A stretch of DNA of 64,000 bases from a virus. The notes beneath the pieces were generated by a model, which was given only the letters and a program-made list of their open reading frames with translations, had not been told where the DNA came from and did no database searches. The stretch covers positions 1 to 64,000 of IMG/VR virus record IMGVR_UViG_3300034418_009484; one strand, given 5' to 3'. Of the stretch, positions 19,701 through 28,031 are shown in pieces. Made by a program: the position numbers and the translations under genes. Every line of letters begins with the position of its first letter. Positions within the stretch are counted from its first letter, which is position 1.

Positions 19701-21044
19701 CAAAAATTAAGAGAAGAAAAGTTTGGTAATGAGTCTGGAAGGCTTGAAGCCCAGTTTAAGGCACAAGAGCAAACTAAACCACAAATAAAACAAATTCAAA
19801 AAGAAATAGCAAAAACAATACCAGGGTCTACGAGAAGGAAAGAACTTGAAAAACAATTATCAGAACTTGAGAATCCTAAAATTTCTTCTAAGAAACAGGC
19901 TTCACCAAGATCAAAACAAGGTAGCATTACCAAGGGTAAACCTGAGAGATCAAAGGTTAGTACTATCAATGGTAAAGCTATAACGGACAAAAGTGGAAAG
20001 GTCATAAAACCAATCAAAGATTCGCCTTTTATTAACAAGCCGACCACCTTAACTTCAGATGAGTTAGCTGCTAAAAGAGAGGCGTTTTTAAGCACAAAGC
20101 CACAAAGTAAAGCTGAGTCACCGCCTGAAAGAGAAAAGAAAGAGCAAGAAGCTAGAATAAAGAGACAACAACAACCACAAAGTCAAGCACCCTCAAGTGG
20201 CTCTAAAGTTGACCAGCCCACACAGTTAACTGCTCCACCGCAACGCAAGATAACGCGAGAACGAATTGAGCAAACGAAAGGCTTTGACTTCAAAGCTGCT
20301 ACACGAAGGGCCATAGATGCTGATGAAAGAGCCAAGGCTGAGAAAAGACTAAGAGATACTAATGCTCCTGAAGGATCAAATCGACTTTTAGACACTAAAT
20401 ACAGTGCTCCTGGTCTTGAGAATGTAGACCCAGTGACACTTGCTGGCGGGCAAGCACAATTCGCTGACCAACAAGCTCGATCAACAGCGGTACGACAAAG
20501 GCAACGTAATGCTCCTGCAAGTATACCAACAGATTTACCTGCAACTTTAGGATTACCTCCACAACAAGAACCAGCAACAAATCTACAACAACAAGAAAAT
20601 TTAAGAAGCAGACAAGCAAGAATACGAAGAACACAGGGTGAAGGAGCAGCATCTAGATTTGGACAAACTTTTGGATTAAGAAATAGTGGTCCTGGGCAAA
20701 GAGCAGGATTGCCTGGAGGTCAAGGCCAAGGTCAAGCTGGCGCTCAAGATTTTACTGCTTTTTCAGATTCAGTAGCAAAGCTACAGGAAACCACTAAATC
20801 ATTAACAGCATTTGCAACTCAATTAAATACTGCTGCTGATAAATTAGCACAATTACAAACTATTGAAGTTAGTTTAAATGCCAGAGTTGAACCAATTCAG
20901 GTTATATTAAATGGGGCAAGTATTATTAATGAATTTGGTGATACTGCTAAGAAAGAGATATATAATCAGCTTGTAACTAAATTAGAAGACGAATTTGTTA
21001 AGAAAACTCCTGATGGCAGTATAAATGAACCGACACTTGGATGA
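10767..21044 (+). CDS. Tail tape measure protein (3425 aa) with embedded enzyme domains
   Basis: TP901-type core (FERQLSRI..., LNAVSKRFAV, ELVGIFTAVRSTTRESADTIATGLRTIFSRI), glycine zipper, long helical tracts, DTVPAMLTPGEYVV motifs and an internal HAD domain. Confidence 0.9.
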   Translation: MAFNINAQVVLSGPKNIKTVRSNIKKQLSGITTNVKVDLSKAANTNLSNLNKQLKTTNSILKQVASSATTANKQISSLSKGINQASTSAGNLGRNANNLSNSFNNVTKSVAQSRGEIENFGRDAALAIRRFSAFTIATGAVFGFIRAVKEGIKDSIEFERQLSRIVQVTGATDKQIKGLESTIDGLAATLGLNSNELAKTSVTLAQTGQTIDQVRKSLTAISKASLAPTFGNIQDTTEGVIAALNQFQISADRTEAVLGSLNAVSKRFAVESEDLISVIRRAGGVFATAAGDIAEPEKALAELVGIFTAVRSTTRESADTIATGLRTIFSRIQRKGTIEFLKNFNIELTNAQGQFVGFFEGFRRIAEGLNDIQRRGDTITLGRVVEELGGIRQIGKILPAIQQFTKAEEARAVALAGTESITKDVAIATQTLAVQIQQLQARFQTLIKDISQSTTFQRLASFALSTANAFITLADALRPVIPLLTTFATIKIGGAALEFAQGFVGGIKKGGGAGGVGKGLSGAITGQGGGGGQLNLKPLQTALTANTNSVNTNTSSVNQNTNSSTTLTTSVRTLDSSVKALTTAISRSSLTGGGGTLGRRRRALGGSIPRFQKGGFVNGPGHAQGGVIAELEGGEFVVPKKQVQKFARGGKKSKLNKKNAYIFDFDDTLATTEAKGFKEFSDPKFVKSASATRYASLAKRRASQGDDIHVLTARFGGGGIREAIADFMAKNGIATKSVIAVGGAFPKDREPGKRPGTTRKLSTASKKAKVLSKLSNNYNKITFLDDNAENLIQAAKVKGVSSVEAKESKLFKNRKALGGIIQKLAVGGKVKAGELRIGDILDTGEIVKAALKTGNRQRRKINLTLEKDGVRKTERVEFSKLFGLKSRGKGISPIKLNSGGIIQKFELGGLTRNAVRNPGRNPLSDIFQVNQAAGAKLPIQNTKQFGSFLKKKFGNKVSAADFGEFSPTEQKALVKEFRGGESAPKQPKQPKQPKQDGDPDNLTSISGKLGRGRGARIVGAQIQGVPFGVTFLNNPPSKLQQTINGVLKDGNQTGKSTLNKLIIKELQRFGGPATRDKTKRFGIKSGAQLSAPNAQIGTFKSNGKKAFEDEVEGGIPPIFENATRNFFESAGISGPAPKFSLNQLVSKSAVGSITGQFFEAFTRSVGNQPILTGAQDDADDIFDFRSKPQNADALFTKFALPNEFKNTGSSTENIRNAISKSFSLPGTLVDFQTEVFKLNQQSANRGGEINNANAILTPGEAVFGAKKASQIGISNLSRLNKTGDASGLNISNSDFSIVPGSGNSDTVPASLEPGSFVIKKSSTQEGLQTFNSGGKVQRFQGGGSKGGGLGGGITQLALFASFADLGESANQLITLFFGLETVLGLFGKDLSDLGKSFKKQNKALTDLSSQQRKEAKKVRGRLKAPIRGAKVSGLTASASRAARLKAVRSVRGTGGFGTAGRFGRTAAKIGGKGGLVAIVASLLVDPITQAIKTGFGEVELETGQRGFRGPGGLETAQAIGTGSGAVSGALAGAGLGIAGGPVGALIGGIAGAAVGGIKGFFDAASAQLEFQAFDQFNNALGKSTELIDEFNKNASVENLGKLNQATAEVFSSFERLAKNTIEARETSFSSQLLGGLDTNIFDSFSTASGLYEKSVFLFDKAAQFFGRGTSDLVKSIEKSATAQKRGGLFGDILAGIAPRIDKIASANIKGIEATFNAIPLDQLKALDFNDIDSLDAVKDQLKDLGVEAKDAEIVLGNLEAALTLQGINDISSELPEAARKAFLGAASEALAAGTSIADAVELAFSPDQLVRLGITAENAKQIVEQLNNTIGEEAVAELIAYQKEQVELSRILSETSREIDAFGAALNLLSGGIAGIGSDFSTLLGNIQSDLDASLSNDFTVRRQQAPNVFENVTGRLPDEINNAVNNLGKILNTDVLDGAGKIVNLQNELPRALKDTVTALASQTSGGISGAGQFTDEQILDEFKNAITEFDKLPSFVQQNLEATLRGIVGGSRQGEGGKGAVSLQKLLEEGNFDQLNQISVEFAENLSEIQSAVNDFQNAIAQGANNIKKINNLRLRTDLEINAKRQSFEDRFGQFLNQTVDERAKAEKRLRDTIDTQLRAGTGGPGIGAGGIDADALARRREKLLQTRDNLQKQLENPELGQAEFDSLTKALGDNASKLDGTTAALKTLSEDVTQLEAVEGELAKIQESRLTGRERARLFASRAQDASTPAEFAKLFQDFLAPTIAIAKAQQGGPIGFGEAAAILGDPQQIKDVFGFDDAQIESILAGTTQGIGDTFANLLASFGVGRNAAPIARGLFGAGATEAGSTAKEQELLAEAARLQLEREQALLALRDQNITSAETLQQQFSDLIGTTSQSLTNLIAKAQELRSSSVIPPSAGSEQQAEQDIAQVFRNAVKPLDSTGAELSNAASSLQRAAQAIQEAVKAPEVKPVKKISETAINQNIPPSFPVLRRQNGGSIFKPRGTDTVPAMLTPGEYVVNAKAVKKGSNLQLLKDINDGKVTIPKFAKGGMVGYFDRGALVPSEDEFILQELVKREDKSILDATKTIPNLRTPSRESVEKSAADKLSELKRQGFNQDASKLAGVSSSIQKTSGSFGSGTDDKLLDFFTLLNQISAQEIERKDKIRNSAAGERATDLLSLPLELPFLPEKIFETTTGTDLRKFSQTLDPFAVDEDRNQKGIRSLANKSSDQIIGGFANLVQGGINSVIGRDPTDLLDQIDFAAVGRGDGSASFDDIQLAEILELQKKAAEGILKSRTSLQSNENLSSLSNLRLFGNDEDFRAAGGTFKDSGERNILPEEEALSNFLAIRRKADQDTLAEFRKKNPTNIDPNLIIPAGQTPEDFIQTDRGDTSVAGLLKRAPNIISNEGIRDSISGSTQQERLEAAKKRNEAFFADKKKLDTTKTKNTSKFGEMGQSFGEAAPFLENVQSGRISGLAPLIPSLPRSQFSNDEKYQDYRQKLREEKFGNESGRLEAQFKAQEQTKPQIKQIQKEIAKTIPGSTRRKELEKQLSELENPKISSKKQASPRSKQGSITKGKPERSKVSTINGKAITDKSGKVIKPIKDSPFINKPTTLTSDELAAKREAFLSTKPQSKAESPPEREKKEQEARIKRQQQPQSQAPSSGSKVDQPTQLTAPPQRKITRERIEQTKGFDFKAATRRAIDADERAKAEKRLRDTNAPEGSNRLLDTKYSAPGLENVDPVTLAGGQAQFADQQARSTAVRQRQRNAPASIPTDLPATLGLPPQQEPATNLQQQENLRSRQARIRRTQGEGAASRFGQTFGLRNSGPGQRAGLPGGQGQGQAGAQDFTAFSDSVAKLQETTKSLTAFATQLNTAADKLAQLQTIEVSLNARVEPIQVILNGASIINEFGDTAKKEIYNQLVTKLEDEFVKKTPDGSINEPTLG
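12741..13200 (+). other. HAD-superfamily phosphatase domain inside the TMP
   Basis: Motif I YIFDFDDTL, motif II VLTAR, motif III Lys (SKKAKVL), motif IV ITFLDDNAENL. Confidence 0.85.
13716..13751 (+). repeat. 9-nt tandem repeat encoding (PKQ)4 linker
   Basis: CCTAAACAA x2 then CCAAAACAA x2. Confidence 0.9.
17072..17112 (+). repeat. Direct repeat copy 1 (DERAKAEKRLRDT)
   Basis: 39/41 nt identical to 20321-20361. Confidence 0.9.
20321..20361 (+). repeat. Direct repeat copy 2 (DERAKAEKRLRDT)
   Basis: 39/41 nt identical to 17072-17112. Confidence 0.9.
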
Positions 21045-21068
21045 ATAGCTTAATATGAAAGGTAAACA

Positions 21069-22667
21069 ATGGCAACTGTTATGAAATATGGCGATTATCA
21101 ATTTCGCCCAGTTCCACTACTAGATATTTCTAAAACTCCTATTAAGTTAGGAAATGATTATAACGCTTTGGGCAATGAATATCAAGTTGTTTTAGATGGA
21201 GATATATTATTAACTACTGGTAATATAGCTTCTGGAACTCATCAAGTTTTTACAGAAATAAATGAATTAAAAGATGCTTTTGCTCAAGATGGCAAACTTT
21301 TTGTAGCTTATTGTTCTGGAGTAGGAGGAACAGAAGAAAAATTATTTGTTAGTGGATATCCTATTGTAGATGATGTCAGCATAAATGTAGAAAGTGATAA
21401 TTATACTAGAAGGGCAGGATTTAATATAAGTCTTAAAATGCCTTCTTTATCAGGGGTGTTTGATGGTTTAAATACTGGTAATGGATATATAGGACTTCAA
21501 TCAAATACAGGAATTTTTCTTTCTGATTTTTCTGAGAGCTATGATGCTTCTATTAGAGATGATTATTTTCCAGCTATTACCCATTGGACTCAAGGATCAT
21601 GTAACAATAAAGAAGAATATCCTGTAGTATTAGATATTAATAGACAAGTAAGTGCAAAAGTAAGACCTGTTTATTCTGGTGGTCAAGTAGTATTTAATTT
21701 AGAAAGCGGCGTTCAGTTTATTAATGACTATTTAAATGCAAATACACAATTTGATTATACAGGCATTGTAGGAATAACCTCAACTACTTTACCTAGATAT
21801 AATCTTAAAAGAGAAGTTTCTGTTAATAAATTTGATTGGACAATTGATGCGACAGAATCTTATGTGGCTATTAATTATGATGAAAATACTTATGCTCCTG
21901 ATACTGGAGCTATAGAAACTTATACTGTAGATGTTAGTCGTTCTGATTATATATCAACTGTTACAGTTCAAGGAGAAATACAAGGTTTAGCATTAACTAG
22001 TTTTGATGGAGGTACAATAGCAGAAACTTCTGAAAATAGAGAAGGCTTTATATCTACTCAAAGTGCTTATTCAAATGCTAGGGCATTTTTAACTGGTATA
22101 AATGATTTAACATTCTGTAGAGCATCAGAAGTTTTTGCAGAAAATTCAGGGTTTTTATATGGCGATTCTACTTGTAGGGCATCACCTCTTACCTTAATTA
22201 ATAAGGTGTCAAATTCAACGATTGGCGTTAATCCTGTTAATGGACTAATAACATATAGTATATCTTATAATAATAGTCTTCAAAATTGCTTTAGCATTAA
22301 TCCTTGTATTTTATCTTCTAATGCAACAATTACAGACAATTTAGCAACAGATGTTTTTGCATCACAAACAATAATTGGTAGAGGTGCGCTTGGTCCGATA
22401 TTGCAAGATATTAATGCGAGTACTGCTAGAGTTAAACAATTAAATGTAGAACTTGTTGTGCCTCCTTCTACGGGTTGCGATACACTTATTGCTATTACTG
22501 GTGATATTCCATTGACTGAAGTTGATTCATTAATAAGTTTAATATCTGGAGATTTAGTAACTAATTATGATCAAGTTTTTGTTTCAACAAATACACAAAA
22601 TTGGAATTTTACACAAGGAAGATATACAAGAACAGTTGCTTGGACATATAATGATTGTGAGAACTAA
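21069..22667 (+). CDS. Putative distal tail/tail-tip protein
   Basis: First gene after the TMP; beta-rich. Confidence 0.5.
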   Translation: MATVMKYGDYQFRPVPLLDISKTPIKLGNDYNALGNEYQVVLDGDILLTTGNIASGTHQVFTEINELKDAFAQDGKLFVAYCSGVGGTEEKLFVSGYPIVDDVSINVESDNYTRRAGFNISLKMPSLSGVFDGLNTGNGYIGLQSNTGIFLSDFSESYDASIRDDYFPAITHWTQGSCNNKEEYPVVLDINRQVSAKVRPVYSGGQVVFNLESGVQFINDYLNANTQFDYTGIVGITSTTLPRYNLKREVSVNKFDWTIDATESYVAINYDENTYAPDTGAIETYTVDVSRSDYISTVTVQGEIQGLALTSFDGGTIAETSENREGFISTQSAYSNARAFLTGINDLTFCRASEVFAENSGFLYGDSTCRASPLTLINKVSNSTIGVNPVNGLITYSISYNNSLQNCFSINPCILSSNATITDNLATDVFASQTIIGRGALGPILQDINASTARVKQLNVELVVPPSTGCDTLIAITGDIPLTEVDSLISLISGDLVTNYDQVFVSTNTQNWNFTQGRYTRTVAWTYNDCEN

Positions 22668-22694
22668 TTTTATTAAAATAAGGAATAAATAAGA

Positions 22695-25600
22695 ATGCCT
22701 TGCCAACAAAATATAACCGGACCATTTTTAAGACATCAGTTTCTTGGAGCAACTGTAAAAAGTTGGACTTGTAGTGCTGGTTTAAATCAAGAAGGAACTA
22801 CAGTAACAATACAGTTAGTCGAAGATACTTGCCCTGCCTATCAGGGGGTTGTTTTTAATGCTTCTAATAGAGTTCCTGAATTAAAAACATTAACCGACAG
22901 TTTTGTTTATCCTCCAGTTGGTACTCCTGTAATATTTAGGTATGCAATGCCAGACGGTGCTGGAGGTATAGATGTTGATACTGGTTTTGAATATGCAGGA
23001 TTTGTAAGAAACTGGACTGAAAGTAAAGATTCTAATGGTAATCCTATATTTAATGTTCAGTTAGGTGATGCTGGATTTTTATTAGAGAATCTTCAAGTTA
23101 TTATGGCAGACAATGCCGAGAATGTTCCTATCCAGCTAAATACTTTAAATGCATTTGGAGCTTTGCAATACACCGCAGCTTATCTAGGTTCTGTATGCAG
23201 CACCCCAGGAAACCCTGGTGCTATAAGTCCAGCGGTAAATGATAAAGGTATGGTATTAGCAGATTTAATAGCAATGCTTCATTTGCTATGTTCAAATAAT
23301 AATGTTCAACTTCCAGAAGTCAATAATTATAATCCTGGCGGTAGAATTTTTTATAGTGTAAAACCTTTCGATAAAACTCCTACTTCTGATGTTTTAGATA
23401 GTGTGGTTAATGAAGATGAATTTTTAGCTTTTCATCTTGATTTAACAGACCTTCCTTCAATGCCAAGTGACTATAGGGTTTCTGGTCCAACAGCTTCTGT
23501 TTATGATATTGTGTCTGAAGTTTGTACAGATGCGGGTCATGATTTTTATACTGAACTATTACCAGTTAGAGCATCTGGTGGAACTGAATTTATTATTAAA
23601 ATCAGAACGATAGATAGAACTTTAAATCCAGTAGAAAATGCCATACCAGATTTTGTTAATTATAAAAAAACTTTATATCCTGATTATCAAGGTGGTATTA
23701 TTTCTGCTACTTCTGGGCTAGAAAGCAGAAATGAACCTACTAATTATTATTTATATGGCGCTCCAGTTAGAGTTCCTATGGTTGAGACTTCTAACTTTAT
23801 GGTTCCGTTTTTTGGATATGATAGTAATGGAGCAATGAATCAGGTTAATGTTGGGGGTGGATTATCGGTAACATTAGACACTTCAAAGTTAAATCAATCT
23901 TTAAATACATCTGTAGGTTCGACTATAACTATTTCAGAAGCTGAAATTCAAGCAGCTTTATCTGATTTTGATTCTTGGCAAGCAGTTTCACATGCTGCTA
24001 ATGGAAATGTAAAAAGTTATTTAGATAGCATTAACCAGCTTGCAAGAGTAGATTTCGATGCTTTAGAGGCAGCAATACAGGGGGGAAAACCCGTTGTTGA
24101 TATACAAAAACCTTCTTCTTCTCAATCAGAAAATGATCTTAGATCCGCTAATGCAAATGACGCTAGTAAATTATATGAATTTATAAAGTCTTATTGTGAT
24201 GAATATTACGGCAAACAGTTTTATGTGGATGCAACTAATCAAGTATGCAAGTCTACAATATTTAGTTTATCGGCAGGATATCAGTATGATTTTGATCCAT
24301 CTTCAGAAGGGTGCTGGACAGAAAATGCTAATGTTGGTGGAGATATTAATGGGAACACTTTAGACTTAGCTAATAACACTGCTGCTTCAGATTTCTTTAG
24401 AGATAAGGATGGAAAATTTCAAGCAATATTGCAATATCCTATTGCGGGCGCTACTAGTATTGATGGATTAACTTCAAGTTTAGTGCCAGATCCTAGCAAA
24501 TTAGATGACGGAGAATATATAAAAGAAGGTTCTAACTTATTTATTAAGGTGGAATTTACCCCTCAATGGCTGAATGGAACTCCTTTATCTCCAAGTGATA
24601 CAAGTGCTATAGGTGTTGTAGTAAAAACAAAAGCTCCTATTGTAAATTATTTAGGAGATACGAATTATTATGAGGGTTTTAATGGTAGCGCATTAGCACT
24701 TCAAAAAGCTTCAAAAACCCCGCCATCAAACATACGTGTTGGAGACAGAGGAATGATTGTTTTTGGTGCAATACCTCAAGCTGTCGCTCCTACTAAAGTT
24801 ATGGTTCCTTTAAAATCTAATATGGCTGTATATGGTCCTTATTATACCGTACCAGACCCTAACGATCCAAATGATTTTGAAGTTCTTAGGGGGACTATTT
24901 TAGAACAAGACGAGGGGCTTTCTCCTTGGGAGTATGGAGGAACAGTTTATATGGAGGCTGTTGCTAAAGCTAAAGTAACAAATGCCGTAACAGAAATGAT
25001 TCAAAATGAAAGAGGTTCTGTAAATTTTGCTGGCGTTCCAGAAGCACCTTTGAACTCTGAATTATTAATTGAAACAAATAATGATCAAAGATTTACTGAT
25101 AGATTATTTAAGAATAGAACTGCATTTTATAACGGTGTAAGCGCAATCATTCCTACCTTGGCATTTTTAAATTATAGTATGCCAAAGTTTGATGGTAGCA
25201 ATGGTCCAATCATTTCAAATATAACTGCTAATATTACTCCAGAAGGTTTTACTACTCAATATCAATTTAATACTTATAGTCCTCAATTCGGTAAATTTGC
25301 AAAATTAAATGCTGATAGATTAAAAAGACAAGGAAGAAATAGATTATCATTTAATAGAAAACTAAGAGCTTTGCTAGGAGGCACTCAGTTAAAACTAGAG
25401 AATAAGAGATATAATAATAATTTTATAGGAAGATCAGATAGAACCCCAAAGTCTGCACATCATGTTTTGATGCAAAGATATGTAGATCAAGGAAGTTCTA
25501 ATAGGATTGAATCTAATTCTCAAGCTATTAAAGAAATAAATGTTTTGTTTAGTGATAGTACACATTATCAAGATGTTGCACTTATGTCATGGGATGGTAT

Positions 25601-27746
25601 ATTCAGACCTGTTTCAAAAGCTGGAGATGGAGGATTACCTCGATATATTAATATTAGCTCTGAAACTCCATGTGATATTCCGACTCCCGACAGAAGTAAA
25701 CTTATTGATCCTCCTACAATAGATGATCGTGAGCCGGTATCACCAACAGTATATCTTGAATCTTTAGATATTAATAAAGATTATCTAGACCCATTGGCAA
25801 ATGCAACAGATTCATTAATAATGGATACTCGTAGTAATAGCTCTACTAGTGGTCACAATATGGAAGTTGTTGGTAGAGGTTCTAATATTCCTGATCCTGA
25901 TGATGGATGGTCTGTTCAAAAAAATAATAGTACTGCATCTGATTATAGATTTCTTGCTATGAGAGGACCAATCATGCTCCAACAGTGGGGATATGACTTG
26001 CAAGGAAAGCCTGTTCCGAATGCAGCAGATGTTGAAGCTGATACTGAAGCAGGTACTTTTGTAAAACAGAATTTGAAAGATAAATTTACTACTAATTGGT
26101 TGTCAAAACCAAAAACTTGGCCTGTCGCTCCTATTGATTTAAGGCTTGATAGAGACAGGGGTGTTTGGACCATTCCAATTCCAAGAGATATTATACATCT
26201 TAAATCTACAGAGGATAAGTGTGTTGGAGAAAATGGCTGTATTAGTGGAGTGTTTGAAAATGCTGGCAATATATATTATGACGATGGAACACCTCAATCT
26301 GCTTCTAACAAGAAGATCGAAGCTTGCTGGCCTTGGACTACTCATGCTATGCCAAGTGGTAAAGTAGATGACAAAATGCCCGTTTATTGGGATCAAAACG
26401 ATTGTAAATATTACATAATGCCTTGGAATAGATTAGATGTATCATATGCTACTAGATCATGCGATGGAGAATATGGCGCACCAACTGAACTAAAAGATAT
26501 TAAAAAAATAAATTTTAGAGGTTGTGAAGGTTTAAAAATAAGCGGATCTGTTACTGATGACTGTCTTAAAACATTGGACGTAACACTTGCATCTTCTAAT
26601 CCTAGAGTTTTTGGTCCAAGTAACGATTTTGGATATGTTAGTAGAATTAATTTTAGCGGTTGCTTTTTTGAGGTCGCTACTTCTGGAGATGCTAGTCCCG
26701 ATCAAGAAGATGACTGCTGTTCTTCTGCTATTAATGTTAAAGTCAAGGGTTTATCAGTAGATGGAACTACTTCTTGTTACGATGGTGATCCAGTGGCAGG
26801 AACAGATGTAGAAAAAATTGTTTTTAACAATGCTAGTGTTACTACTGGAGAGCGTACATCTGAAGGATGTGTTACAGCCACGGTTGACGTAGGTATTTCT
26901 GGATATACAACGACCGCCTGTGAACGGAATTACTTATGTGGTGATACAGTACCAGCAGAGGGTTTTGTTACTAGAAATATTGTAGGTGGATATGGAATTA
27001 AGATAGAGACTAGTATATGTAATCCTGAGTTTCCTTGTGTTCTTGGAATTAGTTCAGAAAGACAAATCTCTCTCGGTGTGGATCAAAAGGGAAGTATGAT
27101 GACCCGTCAGTTGGCTGGTTGTAGTACAGGTGTTGCTGGGTCTTATTCTGATGGTGATTTAGCAGGTGTTTATAGCTATTCTGATCGTATTCCTTCCTGT
27201 AATTTTAATTCAATTCATGCTGGCGCTGGAATTGGATTGACTTCTAAAAAGAAACTAGGGGGAGATGATTGCGCTGCTGTTATATTTAGTAATTTACAAA
27301 TATGTGGTTCAAATGAATGTGTGACTTCGCCTGCTGGTCAGTGCAAATCTAGTTTTGGTCTTCAAGTTTCAGCAATTTACTTTGAGACAGAATTCAATAA
27401 TTTTTATGCTGGCGATGCGGGCGGAACTTGTAGCTGTTCGGTAGGTGAAGGCTCCGCAGGAGGTGCTGGCGGTATAGATGGTTCAGATTACAGTGAGCTT
27501 GCGGGAATTAAATTAGACACTTCTGGAGATCCATGGAGAATTGCTGTTATAACTGGATTATGTGTTACTAAGGATGGCGGTTATGTAAAAGAAATAGAGG
27601 CATTCAGTACTGAATTGAATGGATGGCAAACCTGCGCTGGTACGGACGACCAACAAGACGGACGAAAGTTTTATTGGATTCAGAATGACCCTGGAGCAAG
27701 CGCACAAATAGGTGGTAAGAACCTGGGAAAAATTAATCCATGTTAA
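22695..27746 (+). CDS. Large tail-tip/hub protein with Cys-rich C-terminal (receptor-binding?) region
   Basis: 1683 aa. Hub-like N-terminus (FLGATVKSW...TIQLVED) and ISNITANITPEGFTTQYQF motif; last ~500 aa dense in Cys and Gly. Confidence 0.55.
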   Translation: MPCQQNITGPFLRHQFLGATVKSWTCSAGLNQEGTTVTIQLVEDTCPAYQGVVFNASNRVPELKTLTDSFVYPPVGTPVIFRYAMPDGAGGIDVDTGFEYAGFVRNWTESKDSNGNPIFNVQLGDAGFLLENLQVIMADNAENVPIQLNTLNAFGALQYTAAYLGSVCSTPGNPGAISPAVNDKGMVLADLIAMLHLLCSNNNVQLPEVNNYNPGGRIFYSVKPFDKTPTSDVLDSVVNEDEFLAFHLDLTDLPSMPSDYRVSGPTASVYDIVSEVCTDAGHDFYTELLPVRASGGTEFIIKIRTIDRTLNPVENAIPDFVNYKKTLYPDYQGGIISATSGLESRNEPTNYYLYGAPVRVPMVETSNFMVPFFGYDSNGAMNQVNVGGGLSVTLDTSKLNQSLNTSVGSTITISEAEIQAALSDFDSWQAVSHAANGNVKSYLDSINQLARVDFDALEAAIQGGKPVVDIQKPSSSQSENDLRSANANDASKLYEFIKSYCDEYYGKQFYVDATNQVCKSTIFSLSAGYQYDFDPSSEGCWTENANVGGDINGNTLDLANNTAASDFFRDKDGKFQAILQYPIAGATSIDGLTSSLVPDPSKLDDGEYIKEGSNLFIKVEFTPQWLNGTPLSPSDTSAIGVVVKTKAPIVNYLGDTNYYEGFNGSALALQKASKTPPSNIRVGDRGMIVFGAIPQAVAPTKVMVPLKSNMAVYGPYYTVPDPNDPNDFEVLRGTILEQDEGLSPWEYGGTVYMEAVAKAKVTNAVTEMIQNERGSVNFAGVPEAPLNSELLIETNNDQRFTDRLFKNRTAFYNGVSAIIPTLAFLNYSMPKFDGSNGPIISNITANITPEGFTTQYQFNTYSPQFGKFAKLNADRLKRQGRNRLSFNRKLRALLGGTQLKLENKRYNNNFIGRSDRTPKSAHHVLMQRYVDQGSSNRIESNSQAIKEINVLFSDSTHYQDVALMSWDGIFRPVSKAGDGGLPRYINISSETPCDIPTPDRSKLIDPPTIDDREPVSPTVYLESLDINKDYLDPLANATDSLIMDTRSNSSTSGHNMEVVGRGSNIPDPDDGWSVQKNNSTASDYRFLAMRGPIMLQQWGYDLQGKPVPNAADVEADTEAGTFVKQNLKDKFTTNWLSKPKTWPVAPIDLRLDRDRGVWTIPIPRDIIHLKSTEDKCVGENGCISGVFENAGNIYYDDGTPQSASNKKIEACWPWTTHAMPSGKVDDKMPVYWDQNDCKYYIMPWNRLDVSYATRSCDGEYGAPTELKDIKKINFRGCEGLKISGSVTDDCLKTLDVTLASSNPRVFGPSNDFGYVSRINFSGCFFEVATSGDASPDQEDDCCSSAINVKVKGLSVDGTTSCYDGDPVAGTDVEKIVFNNASVTTGERTSEGCVTATVDVGISGYTTTACERNYLCGDTVPAEGFVTRNIVGGYGIKIETSICNPEFPCVLGISSERQISLGVDQKGSMMTRQLAGCSTGVAGSYSDGDLAGVYSYSDRIPSCNFNSIHAGAGIGLTSKKKLGGDDCAAVIFSNLQICGSNECVTSPAGQCKSSFGLQVSAIYFETEFNNFYAGDAGGTCSCSVGEGSAGGAGGIDGSDYSELAGIKLDTSGDPWRIAVITGLCVTKDGGYVKEIEAFSTELNGWQTCAGTDDQQDGRKFYWIQNDPGASAQIGGKNLGKINPC

Positions 27747-27777
27747 TAAGTTTTTTAAAATTTAAAAGGAAATTAAA

Positions 27778-28029
27778 ATGAGTTTAAATAAAGAAGAAAT
27801 GAAAATTTTAGATGAAGCTATTAATGATCTAGAAAAAGAAGAAGATATCAATTTAAAAAATTATAATGCTAAAGATCCAGAAGGGCTTGGAGATTCATTA
27901 GAGAAAGTTTTCGGCAAGTTTGGGATCAACGAAGAATTTATTGGTAAGGCTATGGGAATTGGAGGGTGTGGCTGTAGTAAAAGAAAGAAATTTCTCAATA
28001 AGATTTTCCCTTATAGAAAGAAAGAATAA
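27778..28029 (+). CDS. Small phage protein with GLGD...CGCxxRxxxLN motif
   Basis: EGLGDSLEKV...GGCGCSKRKKFLN. Confidence 0.7.
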   Translation: MSLNKEEMKILDEAINDLEKEEDINLKNYNAKDPEGLGDSLEKVFGKFGINEEFIGKAMGIGGCGCSKRKKFLNKIFPYRKKE

Positions 28030-28031
28030 CA

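Noticed and set aside
10694-20652. Many short antisense and alternative-frame ORFs over the TMP and other long genes
   Set aside because: They are shadows of long coding frames, without RBS or recognisable motifs.
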